A DNA stretch of 64,000 nucleotides from Amoebidium appalachense. Taxonomy: Eukaryota; Protista; Ichthyosporea. Below the pieces are notes generated by a model that saw nothing but the letters and a program-made list of their open reading frames with translations, ran no database searches and was not told the DNA's origin. Positions 41,522 to 55,827 of the stretch are shown here, one piece after another. The stretch lies in assembly GCA_963693365.1 (NCBI GenBank), contig CAVNZM010000016.1, positions 6,059,029-6,123,028 of the forward strand, given 5' to 3'. A program made the position numbers and the translations under genes. The first letter of the stretch is position 1, and every line of letters begins with the position of its first letter.

Positions 41522-42025
41522 TCAGCAGTCATACCAAACACCATTGTTGCGGTATTTCATCATCATTCCATAGCGACGGCCGGTGGAACAAACCGAACTA
41601 CCCCCCTGGTACTCAACGGCGTAAATGGGACCGCTCCATCCATTATAGTAGCGGCATTCGTTGTACTGCACGCACTGCTCATTTATCGCCCAATCAAAAT
41701 GACCTTCGATGGAGTCGAGAATCGCCAGCGCGTTTTTGACCCCCGGAGAAAGACCCTTGCCGCGGGCTGTGTCGGCGAGCCAGTGTGCATATTCGATTTC
41801 TTTTTCCTTGAGGGTGTTTGAGGAGACGCCGGGAACACAGGAATTGATGAAACAGTCGATGTTGTCAAATTCGACCCCGTCACATCCCTTGTTGCTGAGC
41901 ATTTGCATGCGGTTGCTCATCAGAGTCTGCAAGGAAGAAAGACGTAAGCACAGCGGGATGGATTAAGAGGGATAGGAACCTAGTTGAGGGGGGGGTGAAG
42001 GGGGCCTGGGGGGGGGGGGGGGGGG

Positions 42026-42066
<41 letters not shown>

Positions 42067-43047
42067 GCTGAAGGGAAGGAGAAGGGGTTGGAAATAGTTT
42101 TAGTCACATGATGTGCCCAAGTTGCACAAGAAACTTACGATATTAGTTTCGGATTATGTAGGGAAGGTCACGGTTGTAGGCGTTGTAGGCGGCAGTGGCC
42201 CAGGTGGTGGTGATGGTGGTGGTGGGTTTGGTTGGGCAGGGGGGGGAAGGCGGGGGGGGGGGGGGGGGGGGGGGGGGGAGGAGCTTGGGAGAGAGGGGGC
42301 AAAGCCTTGGGAGGAAACAAACCGGAACCGGCTCCGGGACCCATACTCAAACACAGTGCAATAGTATGTGTTCACAGTGCCTACACCATAGTTCTCGAGT
42401 GATCAGAGGCCCTCTAATGTAGGCTTCGGTTCACGCACATAGAAAACCCGTTTATTCAGTAAGGTGCTCACCTTGAGTCCCTCCCACTTTGTGATGTCAA
42501 ACCACGTCTCCCGGCCACTGCGGTACAACTTGCCCAACAAGGCATCACCAGTCTTGTATGCATCGGGCCGCCAATGTTCGTTCGTTCCGGCAGATATATA
42601 ACAGTAAATCTTTTTAATCCCTTGGTCTCTGAGTGACCGAATGCGGCTTGCCGAAGAATCAAACCCGTCCACCAAAACAACGTCTCTTCCCTTTAACTCG
42701 TCATCTTTAACCCCCCATGCGAGGTTCGCCCATCCGCCACTGGATTTAGTGTCGAACGAATCGCGATATTGCGGTTTTTCTTTTGCGGATAACTTGATAT
42801 TTTTGCCGCTTGCAGGCAGCTTCTTGGCAGGTTTTTTGGCCGCCGGTTTTTTGGCGGAATTTTTGGTGGGTTTTCTCTTACCGTGGCCAGAGTTCTTTTT
42901 GGAACTACGGACGGCAATAGAGTGAATGGGCTCGAGAACCTGGTGCTCTGCCTCTGAAGCAGAAACTACACCATTTGTACTGGCCTGAGGGGCTGCAATT
43001 GTGCATGCTGCTAAGCAGCCAAGGGTATCAATTGTTTTAATCAACAT
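41522..43047 (-). CDS. Glycoside hydrolase family 114 (endo-alpha-1,4-polygalactosaminidase, Ega3-like), 326 aa, 2 exons
   Basis: Exons 43047-42472 and 41926-41522, phase 0 (AAG/GTGAGC...TTGCAG/ACT). Motifs YCYISAGTNEHWRPDA, KGCDGVEFDNID, KNA, FDWAINEQCVQYNEC, AVEY. Hydrophobic N-terminus then a Lys-rich linker. Confidence 0.9.
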
Positions 43048-44578
43048 TTTTGCAGTGAGCTTTGTACTGAGAGCTAAAAACGACCAGATGTAGAGGAAAT
43101 GACACGAGCTAGTTGAAGCCTGTCACAGTGTGCAAATAGGATTGAGGGCCGGAATGTTTGCATTTGAGCATTAGTTACGCAGGCTACACAAAACACACTC
43201 GGCGCACTCAGTGGCTGCTGATAAAGCTTATCAATGCGTATATAGAGAACGGTGATGAGTTGCATCCTGAGCAGAGTGGCAGTGTGATGATCCCGGGATG
43301 AGGGCGGGGCTTTTATCTTTTATGACTTCCAGGCGTCTTGAATTGTACGAGCCGCAGAGTTATTCATTAGGTGAATAAAAACGGCCATGATCATGCTCGG
43401 ACAGGCTACAAACCCTGCCAGGATAGATTTGACATCAGCTACCGTGTGGCCGTTCGAGATGAATGACTAATATGATGTGTGTGCCGGAATGTCTAGTAAA
43501 CAAATCATGTAAATCCAACTTACTTCGTACTTCGTACAGTTTTTTTTCTTTGTGGGGTGTGCCCATGGATAGTTTAACTAGGTGGTGCGTACAGTAGCTC
43601 AGAATCAAATGAAGAAGTATCCGGATCGATCAGCATCATTTTCTGTAGAATCTGTACACGCCGATCATTTGGGTGGTGCTCGAGAGTAAAGTTTGCTTTA
43701 GGCTACGGCCCGGACAACTGCCTCTTTCTATTTTTGATGCCAATTGTCAACCCCTGTTCTCACTTACATAAACATCAGCACACACGTACACGTGTAAAAA
43801 AGCTAGTATCTTTCCTTGCTATAGGTTTATCTCCGTGCACGTGAAAGCATCCGATATGGAAATTCGAAGTTGCAATTGGGACTTTGAACTGCAGTGCAGG
43901 AACAGACACAGGCCACCGTTCGAATTCCACTGAGGACGTTCGGAGAACACTTTGAACTCTGATCAAACCATTATTTAGGGGTTAATTTAATACTTTCTTG
44001 CATCCAAAAAACGTTGCCCTACAGCAATTGTTTACACTCCACATGCTACTACATACAACAATAAGTTTCCGGACAGGCAGAACAACGTTTTCCGGGAGGC
44101 TGTTAACGTTTCTTCAGAGATGTTTTTACAAACAAGATAATCGATTGTGATTGGCGCCCTGGATTCCCGGTCTATTAACCAGAACCAATCAGATGAGTTG
44201 TTGTGGTTCGCGGATTCAATGATTCCAAAAAACAGATCATTTATACTGCAATTTACGTTCATGTCAAGAAATATCAGAAGCGCAACTATAGTGGTTAAAA
44301 CACGATCAAAACCAACTGGATTATTAACAATATCGTATTATTAGAGTTTTTTTCTCTTTGAAAATTATGCTTTTTATAGCAGCAATGTATACACACAGCA
44401 TTGTTTAGCTGAAAATGTAGATTTGCAAAAACGGGTCTCGATTTTATTGAACCCCCCAAAACCCAAGAAAGGCAATTTTGGCTACCGTTGATTGGTTTTC
44501 GATCTGCATTCCTAAAAATCCCGCACTGCCAGGTTTATAATTTGGCCGATTCCTATTGGCTTTTTTCCTTTGGGGCCT

Positions 44579-44617
<39 letters not shown>

Positions 44618-44662
44618 TACACACACACACAGACACACACCATCCCACACACACACACGCCA

Positions 44663-44720
<58 letters not shown>

Positions 44721-44898
44721 ACATACACGCGCACACACACGAAGCTGAACTTCAGTGTTGAACACAGTGTGCTTCTGTATGCGCCTGCACGAAGACTACA
44801 GGGAACTTAAGATATACAACGACATGTTACAGTGGGACTTTAAATGCACGAAACATGGGGCAGCGGCAACAACAACCCTCCCCCCCCCCCCCCCCCCC

Positions 44899-44967
<69 letters not shown>

Positions 44968-45157
44968 ACCACCACCACCCCACCTCACCTTCCCCCCTCC
45001 CTCACCTACGACGACGACCACCACCACCCTAATTATACCTGGAGATTTAGCCGGGAAACCTGACATCCAAGTTCAGCACTTCTAATTAATGGATCCACCC
45101 CCTCCCCCACTTTCCCGTCTCCTCCACCCCCTCCCCCCTCCTCCCCCCGCGCCGCCG

Positions 45158-45233
45158 TCACAGTCACTGTAGTAAGGGGGACTACGATCTGATGTCGAAC
45201 CATCAGATCGTAGTCCCCCTACAGTGACTGTGA
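45158..45233. other. 76 nt hairpin, 33 bp stem with one 4 nt bulge and 6 nt loop
   Basis: TCACAGTCACTGTA (45158-71) pairs with 45220-33; GGGGGACTACGATCTGATG (45176-94) pairs with 45201-19; loop TCGAAC. Confidence 0.85.
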
Positions 45234-46397
45234 ACCTACCACCCCACCCGGAATGCAAGCAGTACCACCCATCACCCAGGGCTGGATCGGTAGAGGACAG
45301 TGCTGCAGGGTTATTATACCCTCCCACCCGCAAGGGACCACCACCCCTGCGGCCCGAGACACCCTATTGGCCAATTTGTCTGTATATTTGAGTTTTTCTT
45401 TGAGTATATATATATGGAAACCTAGATGTAGGACACTATACCCAGACCTCCACACAACACACAAACACAAAGACCACAAACCTATAGCAGCCACCTGTAG
45501 GAAGAAACGAATCACACTGCCTAGCGCAACCCCCCCCCCCCCCCCCCCCCCCCCCCCAACCCACCCACCCACACCCTGCCAGCTTGCCCCGAATGCAAAC
45601 ACATACACCGGAAAGTAGAAGTGCAACGCGGGCCACACCACCTATATAGAAAAATAACCACCACCACATAGCTATACACGATATGGAATACCAAACATAC
45701 CCCAACACCCCAAACCCCATAGCCCTACCACACTACGTTGAATCCCCCTCACCAAAAAGGGGAAATTTCATAACCGCACCCCCCTAGTCTTTGAAATCTT
45801 TAACATCTAGCACAAGCTCAACTCCTTTAGCCCCATTGTTCTGCCATGTCTGTTTGATGGGCTCAGTCTAGAAAGTAGGTGTATAGGTCTCCTGGGGCTG
45901 GTACCCACCAAAAGGCAGTGGTGCTGAATACGACATTAATAAAACGTTCAAACCCTCCCCCCCCCCCCCCCCCCCAACCCCCTCCCCCCCTCCCCCCTTC
46001 CTCTCTCCCCCCCCCCCCCTCCTCCCTTCCTCTTTCCCCTCCCCCCCCCCCCCCCCCTTCCCCCTCCCCCTCCGGCATCCCTCCAATCTTTCCTTTATTG
46101 ACGGCAGGATGTGTTGGCACTGTGTAGGACGGACTGTTACAGTACACCTCCGGATCGCTGTGTGACCGGGACCGGACTCCGAGTGCTGCATGATGCTGCA
46201 TGGTATGGAACCCCGGAACATTACTTTTGTCCCGTGCAGTGACATCTTGCGAATCCATGTTGTGCGTACTAAAATTGCAGAAAACAACAGCAAGGTGGAT
46301 GTGTGCACTTGATTTGGTGGTGGTGGTGGTACGCGGTGGTGGTGGTGGTGGCAGGGGCAGGGGAGGGGGGGGGGGGGGGGGGGGAGGGGGCCTTTGT

Positions 46398-46430
<33 letters not shown>

Positions 46431-46673
46431 AAATGCCTTCTCGTTACATTGTGGGGTGGGGGCGGGGTAAGGTGTGGCCCCTCGGAGGTGCAGGGGGGTA
46501 GTGTCAATGCCACAAGAACGTGTGCCTAATTTCAGCGGGCGTCTACGTGTTGAGTTAAACTTTATGAGGCTACATACGTATTCCATTCGAAGTGTAGGAA
46601 AGAAAAACTGAGATGCCAATCACCAAGGTCCCCTTTGCCCCCCCCCCCCCCACCCCCCCCCCCCCCCTCCCTT

Positions 46674-46739
<66 letters not shown>

Positions 46740-47523
46740 TATGCGTTTGAATACCAGTGGGATGTATTTCAAGTTGAAGCATGTGACTCAAGGAAGACCC
46801 GGGTTGTGAAATCAGACGGCGGGATTGAGAGGTAAAAAAAAAAATGGGATACTCAAATTGAACGTTCTGTCCAAAACCCCCGAAAGTTTCTAAAAACATA
46901 AGCACATGACACTGAAGTTTTGTGTGGAGGGGCCCTGCCAGACTGGGGGGGGTGTTGTTGTTGTTGTTGTTGTTGTTGAGAATTTTCAAGAGGAAGGTGA
47001 TTGAATGTTTAGTCGAGGGAGAAAGAGGAAACGGGCGTGGCTACGGAAATTTGATCACTGTGTACTCGTGTGCTTGTATTTATTCAGGTATTCGTAGGTT
47101 TCAAATTTACGTTGGTACGAAGTAATGCATCTATGCAGGCCCAAAAGCCACACCATCTTCCTTACCAAAACACATGCTTCAGTTCTTAATGAAGAAGGGG
47201 GGGGGGGGGGGGGGGGGGGAGGGAGAGGGGGGGGGGGGGGTTCAAAGTTGATGAATGGAAGGCTCTAGGATCCGAAAATGAGGGCCGTCAATTGCACTGC
47301 AGCTGAGCCACCAAGGAGACCAACTTGTGACACTGTAGTATGCATTTGAGAATAGTTTATTTAGAAGTCATAATCACAATCAAATTGGTGTAATCTGTCT
47401 AGCTAAGCCCTAAGTCAATGATATGGCAAACGCACCATATACCAGTGAATTATCTCTGTTCAGACATGTTGAGTGGTGAAGGCTTGGCGGCCTGATCCCA
47501 AATTCATGTACTTTACACAGCTT

Positions 47524-47603
<80 letters not shown>

Positions 47604-47788
47604 ACACTCAAACACTCTCCCCTTGTCCCCTCCTTTTTTTTTTTTTTTTTTTTTTTTTGATGGAGACGAAGCTTCGAAATGAAGAAATAAAGAAAGGACG
47701 GAAGACATGACAATTAATTGGAGAAGGAAAGAAGCTTCGAACAAGAACTTCCAGGGGGGTTGGGGGTTGGGGAGGTGAGAAAAAAACG

Positions 47789-47821
<33 letters not shown>

Positions 47822-48319
47822 TAAATAATAATAATAATAAAAAAGCATCGTAACAGGGACACGCATTCAATACCTCTGCAATGTAAATGCGTACAAGAAT
47901 GGCAGCTCCTATGAGCGAACCAAGTGATCACCTCCAATATCAAATGTTGAAATTCAAAGCACTCATTATAATTTTTTTATTATTATTTAAAGTCTTTTTC
48001 AGTACCGCTGCCTAGTGGTGGGCACAAGCCCCATAGGAAGTATATACCTACGTTCCAGACTGAGCTCGTCATACAGACATGGCAAAACGAATTTACAAAA
48101 CAAAATTATGAAAAAAAATAATTGGGCAGCGTTGCAGGTGTGCCTATATATGACTCTGGGCCGTTTGATCATGCTACTATGTGCATGCCTGTCACGGAGG
48201 AGGTGGTGGTGGTATGTCTGTGTGTGTTTGTTTGGTGTACCTCATTGTTTATGTATCACTGACACAAACGTTAATAATGTGCCCCGGCCACAGTGTGGGC
48301 ACGTGCATCAACTTGCTCA

Positions 48320-49124
48320 CATGTGCACATTGAAATGAGGTGAGGTGCGCAGCAACAACACACGGAGAAGTTTTGCCTACCCACGAGCGAGAATTGGAGA
48401 AGAAAAACCACAGAGTCAGTTACCATCACCATGTTAGGGGGTTTTTTTTTTTTTGGACATCATGCTACGCACACCTAATGAGTTGCCAATGGTACCCCAT
48501 TATAAGGTTTAGGCCCTACTACCAAAGATATAAGGCTCACCTGACCACAAGTACTTTCACGTGAGTACATAGAAGCACAGAGCACAACACGGAACGCTTG
48601 CAGATGCGCACACACAGCAGCAATTTTAGAGCTATGTAGACGCGCGAAGAGATAGCTGTCAGGCAACGACATAACGAGAATGTCCGGGGGTGAAACCTTC
48701 AGTTCCTATCAAGCCAGAAATAAACACGAGGAGCTAAACCAGTGACGTCTGTTTGGTTATTATTAGCTGCTTTAGAAATTCATTGCAGGGCTTGCTTGAT
48801 GCAACTGTTTTCTCTTACACACACATGGCCATGCCTACCACATTCGAGTCGTTCGCAGCCAAGTTTAACGTTAAAGCACAAACACGGAACTAATCCCTTA
48901 TCGCTAGTAAAGGGGCAAGGCGGTTCAAAACACTGCACTGGCGCGCATGTGCTCGCACACGCGGACACACGAACACACCCAGCCTGCAGACAGGCACGCG
49001 CAGGAATCATCCACACCTGTTCCCGTCTGTGCACCACATCTTCCAGCAGGTCTACCGCCGTTTGAATGGGCAGCACATGACCCAGGGGTATTTGCAGCCA
49101 AAGGTTTGTATAAAGGGGGTTTCC
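48320..49124 (-). CDS. Exons of an uncharacterised multi-exon gene (partial model)
   Basis: Phase-0 compatible exons 49124-49017 (GNPLYTNLWLQIPLGHVLPIQTAVDLLEDVVHRREQ), 48705-48541 (ELKVSPPDILVMSLPDSYLFARLH...STCGQ/GTGAGC) and ~48375-48320 (AKLLRVLLLRTSPHFNVH). No recognisable domain. Confidence 0.35.
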
Positions 49125-49971
49125 CTAGAATAATGACCGGGAATATGAATGTGAAAGGCCTTTTTGCGCATGTGGGGCTGAAAAAAAGGACACCAGCATC
49201 ACGTGTGATGGACGAGTGACCGCACCGTTTCACAGTTCCAGTTGAATCTCCCGCCTTCGATCTTGCTGAACTAAGGAATCTGAAGCCCAAAGACTACTAT
49301 GATTGATTACCAATCAATGCTTGCTTCTATTAGATTAATGTCATCTACCAATCAGACACTTGCGCAACCAGCCCAAGAACCAATCATCAAAAGCCATCCT
49401 GATACATTCCAGATTTAACACACACCGCACCCACAGGCACGGAGCAGGTTCACATTTGCAACACGGTGTAAATATATGTTTTAAATCGATGCAAACACAC
49501 ATAAAAAGATCTCGACATCCTAAATACTCTTTCAAAACATTTGAACATAATTTGCTTGCATTTCCATATACCATTTGCCATCATGTTGATTACCGATGGT
49601 CACCGCAAATTCACTCAGATTAGTCAGCCAATTGAAACTCGGTTCGGAATGCCTGTGGAAGGCACAAGAATGCCGGAATAATGCTTAGTTCGCATTGGCG
49701 GTGACTTGGCTCATCGTGGGGTCATCGGCTGTCGTTGTAGCATAGTAGTGCTATTATTGGGTAGATATCACTATAATCTATTGTCCATTTTTATGGTAAG
49801 GATCTCGGAGGCATCACCTAAACCCTTATCTCGAAATCAAAATGTATCAGGAATCCAATCCGGAAAGTACTTATTGGGGTTTACGCAAAAGTACTTATTT
49901 CCAAGTTGATTTCCAAAGCTTAGGCATATGAGCTTTTCAAACATACCTGAGTATATTTTACTAACATAATT

Positions 49972-50003
<32 letters not shown>

Positions 50004-50341
50004 GCTGTATACGAAAAAAAAAATTATTCGAACAATCAAACGGGCCTTATGCGAGACTACGTGATATCTTTAGTACACCACTGACGGGCTGAGGCTAGAG
50101 CCGCTCAGATTCCGCAAAGTTTCAAACTCGCGAGTTCTAAGTAATTGAAGCGAAAGAATGTGAGCCAAGGGGTTTAGGGTGAAGGTAGGTGGGCTACCGT
50201 TCATTCCGTTATAACCACATGGTCAACACCACACAGCTCAGAAATCTACAGTTTGGTGAAACACTGAAAAGGTGACCTTTGAACGACGGTTATAACCTCT
50301 GTATAAGTTCTGTTAACGTGTTAACATACAAATTTACCATC

Positions 50342-50947
50342 ATGAATTCCCTCGTGAATGTTTCCTTGTCTTCCGGCCTTGCCCAGACAGTGGGCAGATA
50401 CGCGGTTGTGCCATGTGCGATGGCGGCCAGGCAAGCAGGCACCATCATCTACAAACGATGGGCACACAAGCAGACACAAGCCACGACCAACACACCAACC
50501 AAGAGCGTGACAACGAACACGAACAGTCAGGCAGTCGCACCGATGGGTGATGCCGACAAGTTCGACCAAGCATTCGCAGCGATATTCGTAACAAACTTCC
50601 GCACAGCAAACCCCGTGCCAAAACACGTTTCTGCGCAGCAGATCGAGGAAACCCTCTCTTGTGCGGAGAGCTTGGGCATTTCCAAAACCGACGTTATGTA
50701 TCTCTTCGAAGACAACGTGAAATGGAATCTGGACCGCTTGACCCCCGCACAGCTGTCGGAGGTATCCTGGTCTCTGTTCCAAGTTGGGGAGGAGGCTTCA
50801 GATCTTCAGGCCTCAATCCTTCAGCAGGCCCTTAAACAGGCAGAGTCGTTCAACCCTGAGGAGTTGAACAAGATTAAGTACGTTAACCTTACCGGCGCTA
50901 GGTTGAATGCGGGATCCGTGTTCTCCACGGTTGCCCCTGCTCACTAG
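50342..50947 (+). CDS. 201 aa alpha-helical repeat protein (OPR/HPR/FASTK-like), possibly mitochondrial
   Basis: Clean single ORF with an acid-free N-terminus. Repeats SAQQIEETLSCAESLG, LDRLTPAQLSEVSWSLFQVG and AESFNPEELNKI resemble the F.PQELSN..WA consensus of octo/heptatricopeptide repeats. Confidence 0.7.
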   Translation: MNSLVNVSLSSGLAQTVGRYAVVPCAMAARQAGTIIYKRWAHKQTQATTNTPTKSVTTNTNSQAVAPMGDADKFDQAFAAIFVTNFRTANPVPKHVSAQQIEETLSCAESLGISKTDVMYLFEDNVKWNLDRLTPAQLSEVSWSLFQVGEEASDLQASILQQALKQAESFNPEELNKIKYVNLTGARLNAGSVFSTVAPAH

Positions 50948-51767
50948 AGTTGAAAACATATGTGCGAATGACGAGAAAGGAACACGTGTATATTCTATAC
51001 GAAGGTTTGAAAGACCCATAATGCTAGATCTGTGAGGCATGGCACGAATGGCTTTGATGAATACAACAGGATCTTAAGATTAGAAAATAAAATCTAAGAA
51101 TGCCGTGGAGTCCTGGTGACAACGGTCAAAACATGACACGTAAGCTGCCAGTACTTGTGCTTTGTCAAATATATGTCTGCTAAACCCGATGCCTGCAACA
51201 AGACATCGTTAGTTCGAAGCAGGGATGCCTATCTGCGCACAATATGGACAAAAGTGCAAACATCACACCTAAATCACACACTTGCACTCCTTTTAACGCA
51301 TTCACCTCTGAGCCAAGGCATGCCATCCCTCCCCCTTTCCCCCCCCTCCCCCCTTCCCATCCTGCCCTCGGGGCATTTTTCACCACCTACAGCCCGGCGA
51401 TCCATCTATGCCCGAATAGTACTCCTATATACAAACACTTCATCCCCCCCCCCCCCCCCCCCCCCCCCTTCTCCGCCCCCTTCCCTCCCTTCTCCCCTCG
51501 GATACCCCTTTCGCGCCTCCTTGGTGTACCTTTACGCTGCACACGCCCCCCCCCCCCCCCCCCCTTCCCCCCCCCCACGTGCACCCAAACCAAAAAAATA
51601 GAAGAAGCATTCACAAACATGTATTATGTCGTCGAAGTCAAACACCCGAGTTATGTTTGATCGGATTGTCCGTGGATGGAAACGGTAAAAACTCACCACC
51701 GCGACGTGTCTCCGCTACTACGGTTAGGAGGCGGAGGGGCGGCAGGCGGGACGGGGGGGGGGGGGGG

Positions 51768-51815
<48 letters not shown>

Positions 51816-52108
51816 CGAGAAAGAGAGAACGGGGCGGGGGGGAGGGGGGAGGGGGGGAGAGGGGGGAGAGAGAGAGGGTTGGGGAAGGGGGGAGGAGAGG
51901 GGGCTGGCTAAGATCGAATATGAGAATACCGAAGCCGGAGAGAAAGAGCCCGGGAGAGGGAGGACGGGGGACGGGGGAGGGGAGAGGGGGGTTTGGGGGG
52001 GTGGGGGGGGGGGGGGGGGGGGGGGGGGATTAGAATGAGGTCAAGAATACCGTTTTTTTTTGGTAGTTAACCGGTCACAGTGGCGGTTCCGCACTAGAGC
52101 TTTTCTTA

Positions 52109-52152
<44 letters not shown>

Positions 52153-52203
52153 GGTTCCTTTTGGCAGCCTCAAAGTTTTTTTTTTCTTTTGGCAGCCTCA
52201 AAG

Positions 52204-52235
<32 letters not shown>

Positions 52236-52244
52236 TTTTTTTGG

Positions 52245-52287
<43 letters not shown>

Positions 52288-53332
52288 AAACGGATGATCC
52301 TGCCAGCTGTGGTGCCATTCACAAGTCACTCGAAACAGGAACTCCTCTTTCTCTTTTAATTCTACGCGTTTCATAATGAGCGTGACATAGCTCATATAGC
52401 TGTTATCGATAAAGATCATGATTGGCCAGTTGGTGTACGTAGTTTACAACCTACATTTGTTTTTTGCGCAAAACACACTGCTGTGAGAACTTCAAGACTA
52501 GCCACCCACAAAAATGCAAGCGCTGATTTCTGATTGGCTATGGTTAATGTCATATTGAGTACACTCATAACCAGTACTAGTGCAATGCATAGTGTTTTCT
52601 GTAGTAACCCCATTCCGAGGCACAAGAACTATTCATCATTAGATCTGTAGCAAGAGTAATTTGCAGGCACCCAGAGATTTTTACAGACTAAGAACTATAG
52701 GAGAAGTGTAGCCATTGTCACGGTGACCCCCCCCCCCCCCCCCCCCCCCCCTGCTCCCCCTCCCCTGCCGCTTCCTCGGGGACCCTCCCTCCCCACTCCT
52801 ACCCCCCCCTCCCCGCGCACCCTCCTTTCCCCTTTTCCCACCCATACTTTTAAATGGTTTCACTCGTCAGGTGAATAGCAAGACGAATAGAGGCTCCGGT
52901 GAGTACCTGTACTATCTAATGATAGTAACAAGTACGGTTATGCACCACGTTAGTATTGAATGTTCTCATAACTGTTTTCCGCACTGTGATTATCCTCGTC
53001 AATCACGTGTTGGTAACTCCAGGGAATCATTTAATCTCCTTCCCTGCCCCCTCCGGGACTCCCCTCCTCCCCCCACCCCCCTCCCCACCCAACTCATCTC
53101 CCCTCCCCACTCCCTTGTCCCCGCCGTGCCCCCCCCCCCCACCTTCGTTCCTCCCATCCACTAGTCTTCAAAATATTTGGGTTCACTGCATTGTTTTTGC
53201 ATCACTCGATCCTCGATTCTGTGCGCTGTAATTCTATGTGGATGATATATCGTAGTGTCTATAGGACATAAAAACATCCTACCTCCTACCCCTCTCCCCC
53301 TACTCCCCCCCCCATCTCTCCCCCCCACCCAG

Positions 53333-53385
<53 letters not shown>

Positions 53386-53719
53386 AAACAAAAAACAAAA
53401 ACAAAAAAACACACAATCACATATCTATCCCTCTTTTTTTCTCTGATGGGCAGGAGGGATAAGCAGGGGCAAGCAAGAAATTTTATGCGCGGTGCACAAT
53501 GTGCGAGCATGCGACTGTGTGCACTTGCCCGTTCAATGGGTGTGCGCTGAACCTGTGTGCTTATGTGGTGACTTGTGATGGTTGTGTTTGCTGAGACTCC
53601 GTAAGCCTGTGCCCCGCGTGTCCGAACGTATATGCGCGCATGCTCGTGTATGTGTGCTAGTTGCGCACATTGCGCATGAAGGTGTGCCTATGTGTGTGTA
53701 CATTGTCCGCAGACATACT

Positions 53720-53755
<36 letters not shown>

Positions 53756-53794
53756 GGGGGAGGGAGGGGAGGGAGTCTGCGCAGAACAGCGAGA

Positions 53795-55698
53795 CATGCG
53801 GCCATGCCGCGCTGCACCGAGAATTCGTTGGGGTTGGAGGGATCGAGGGGGTAGAGCTGGGTGTGGCCGTGGGTCTGGGCCTCCCACGAACCATACAGGT
53901 CACAGGACATGACGCCCACCCAGTCCACATACTGCGCTATCTGCGCCACCTCGTACTTTTTGCCGATCTGCGTGTGCCCCGCATAGACGGCAATGCCCAC
54001 CAGGAGGGGTGCCTTGCCCATGGCCTGGGCCTCTGTGGCCATGCGCTGGCGCAGAACCTGCAGCAGGAGGGTGAAGTTGCTGCGGTCGGCGGCCTCGGGG
54101 TACTCCCAGTCAATGTCCACCCCATCAAACCCGTGCTGCCGCACTAACGCAACCACGTTGTTGGCAAACGCCAGCCGGGATGCAGCGGTGGCGGCTGCGT
54201 CGTTGAAGATGCGAGTGCTTTGGCTGAATGTGAAACCGCCAAGACTGGGGAGTAAATTTATGCCAGTCAGCGAACAGAGGTAAACTAAGTTTAAGTTTTT
54301 CCATACTAGTTCTAGCGCTAGAAGTTTTATAAAAGTTAAGATTCTAGTAGGCTAGCCCGCAGAACATATATGAAATGGGAATGTATTACCTCCGTGTTTA
54401 CCTTATGGTTCAAATTGTGGGTGTGAACTCGGATACATGTACAGTATCCCTTTGCACCAAGTCAGAAGGCTGAGCACACACTGAAACGGGCGCATACATG
54501 GAGATAAGGGAGATATGGAAGAATGGAAGGCAACTTCGAAGTAATGCATGTAGTCCATGGTCAAATGTAGGAACACAATGTGCAGGCACTTACGAAACGA
54601 CAGTCTTGATGTTTGGGGTCTGCTTTCTCACGTGCTGGTGGAAGCGGTAGTACATGCCCTGTGTCGGTATGTCCGTCCGCACGTCGTTCCACTCGTACGG
54701 CAGCACTTTGTACGTGCCTGCCTCAACTTTTGCAAAAGCATAGGCCAGGTGGGTGAACAGCCGGGCATCGATGTTCTCGGGGAAGAACTGGTATCCCGTT
54801 GGGCAATACTAAGCCCAGTTTGTGTAGTAGCCCAACACCATCTTGTTGCTGCCCGTGGTGGGGGGCGGGGGGAAGACTGTAGTGGTGGTGGGAGGGCGAG
54901 TGGTGGTGACGGGACCACTCGTAGTAGGGACCGTGCCGTCTGATGCTGTGATCTTGATGTCGGCACAGTTCCAAAACTGCGGGATGGAGGTGATAAATAA
55001 AACGTGAAACTAGCCTATGATTATGGCCATGGGCCAACAGAAGGCATCCCACCACTAACTTATACATAAAGTAAGGGCCTGTGTATGCGTTTGCTAACAC
55101 ATCAGCAATTGGCCAAACTTAATAATAAAGTTGTCTAAACAACATTTAAAGGTATTACAGTGATACTGTTGCTGTTTTCAACGCCGTGCAGAAAGAACGT
55201 TGGAAGAGGAACGACGTCTTGAATCAGTGCTCAGTCAAAAGCATATGTTCGGAATGGACATCCTTACCTCCTCCTGATTGGGCTGGCCCGGAGAGTTGTC
55301 TGCCTTCCAGTACCACTGCAGCACACACCTCTCACACGTCACCCCAGCAGGCAGCTTGACCTGCATGCGGTACTCTTGGCCAGACACATCCGTTCGTGCA
55401 AACGTGTACCCTGTGCCTGCACCATCGGCACGTTGCAGCGTGTGTTTGGCAAAACACTCCTTACTTTCAGGTGTGAGTTTGTTTGGGTTTGAGAGCACGC
55501 ACAGGCGGAAGATGTATGTGCCCCAGTGCATGGCCGTGATTCGAACAGTCGTGTCGATGGTCTGGCCTGCGCGGAAAACAGACTCGGCGGGGATGAAGCC
55601 GTTGGCATACATGCCGCCTGCCTCGTGTGGCCGGGGTCGTGGGGTTGTGGCCGGATCCACGCAAATGCCATGGTCGTTTGCAGCTACGACGGCAACAC
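53795..55698 (-). pseudogene. LPMO-GH18 chitinase paralogue, pseudogene (premature stop and 3' truncation)
   Basis: Exons 55698-55268, 54976-54594 and 54244-~53795 mirror the intact copy with the same intron phases. In-frame TAG at 54811-54809 (YYTNWA* versus YYTNWAQ). MSYDL changed to MSCDL. Homology stops abruptly after QRGMAA, next to a poly-G tract. Confidence 0.88.
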
Positions 55699-55784
55699 CT
55701 GCGCATGAAAAAAGTTGGTTGGTTAGTCGTGAGGGCTCGAATTCTTTATAGACGGTACTATCTATTGCAATTTGCTAGACGGTG

Positions 55785-55827
<43 letters not shown>

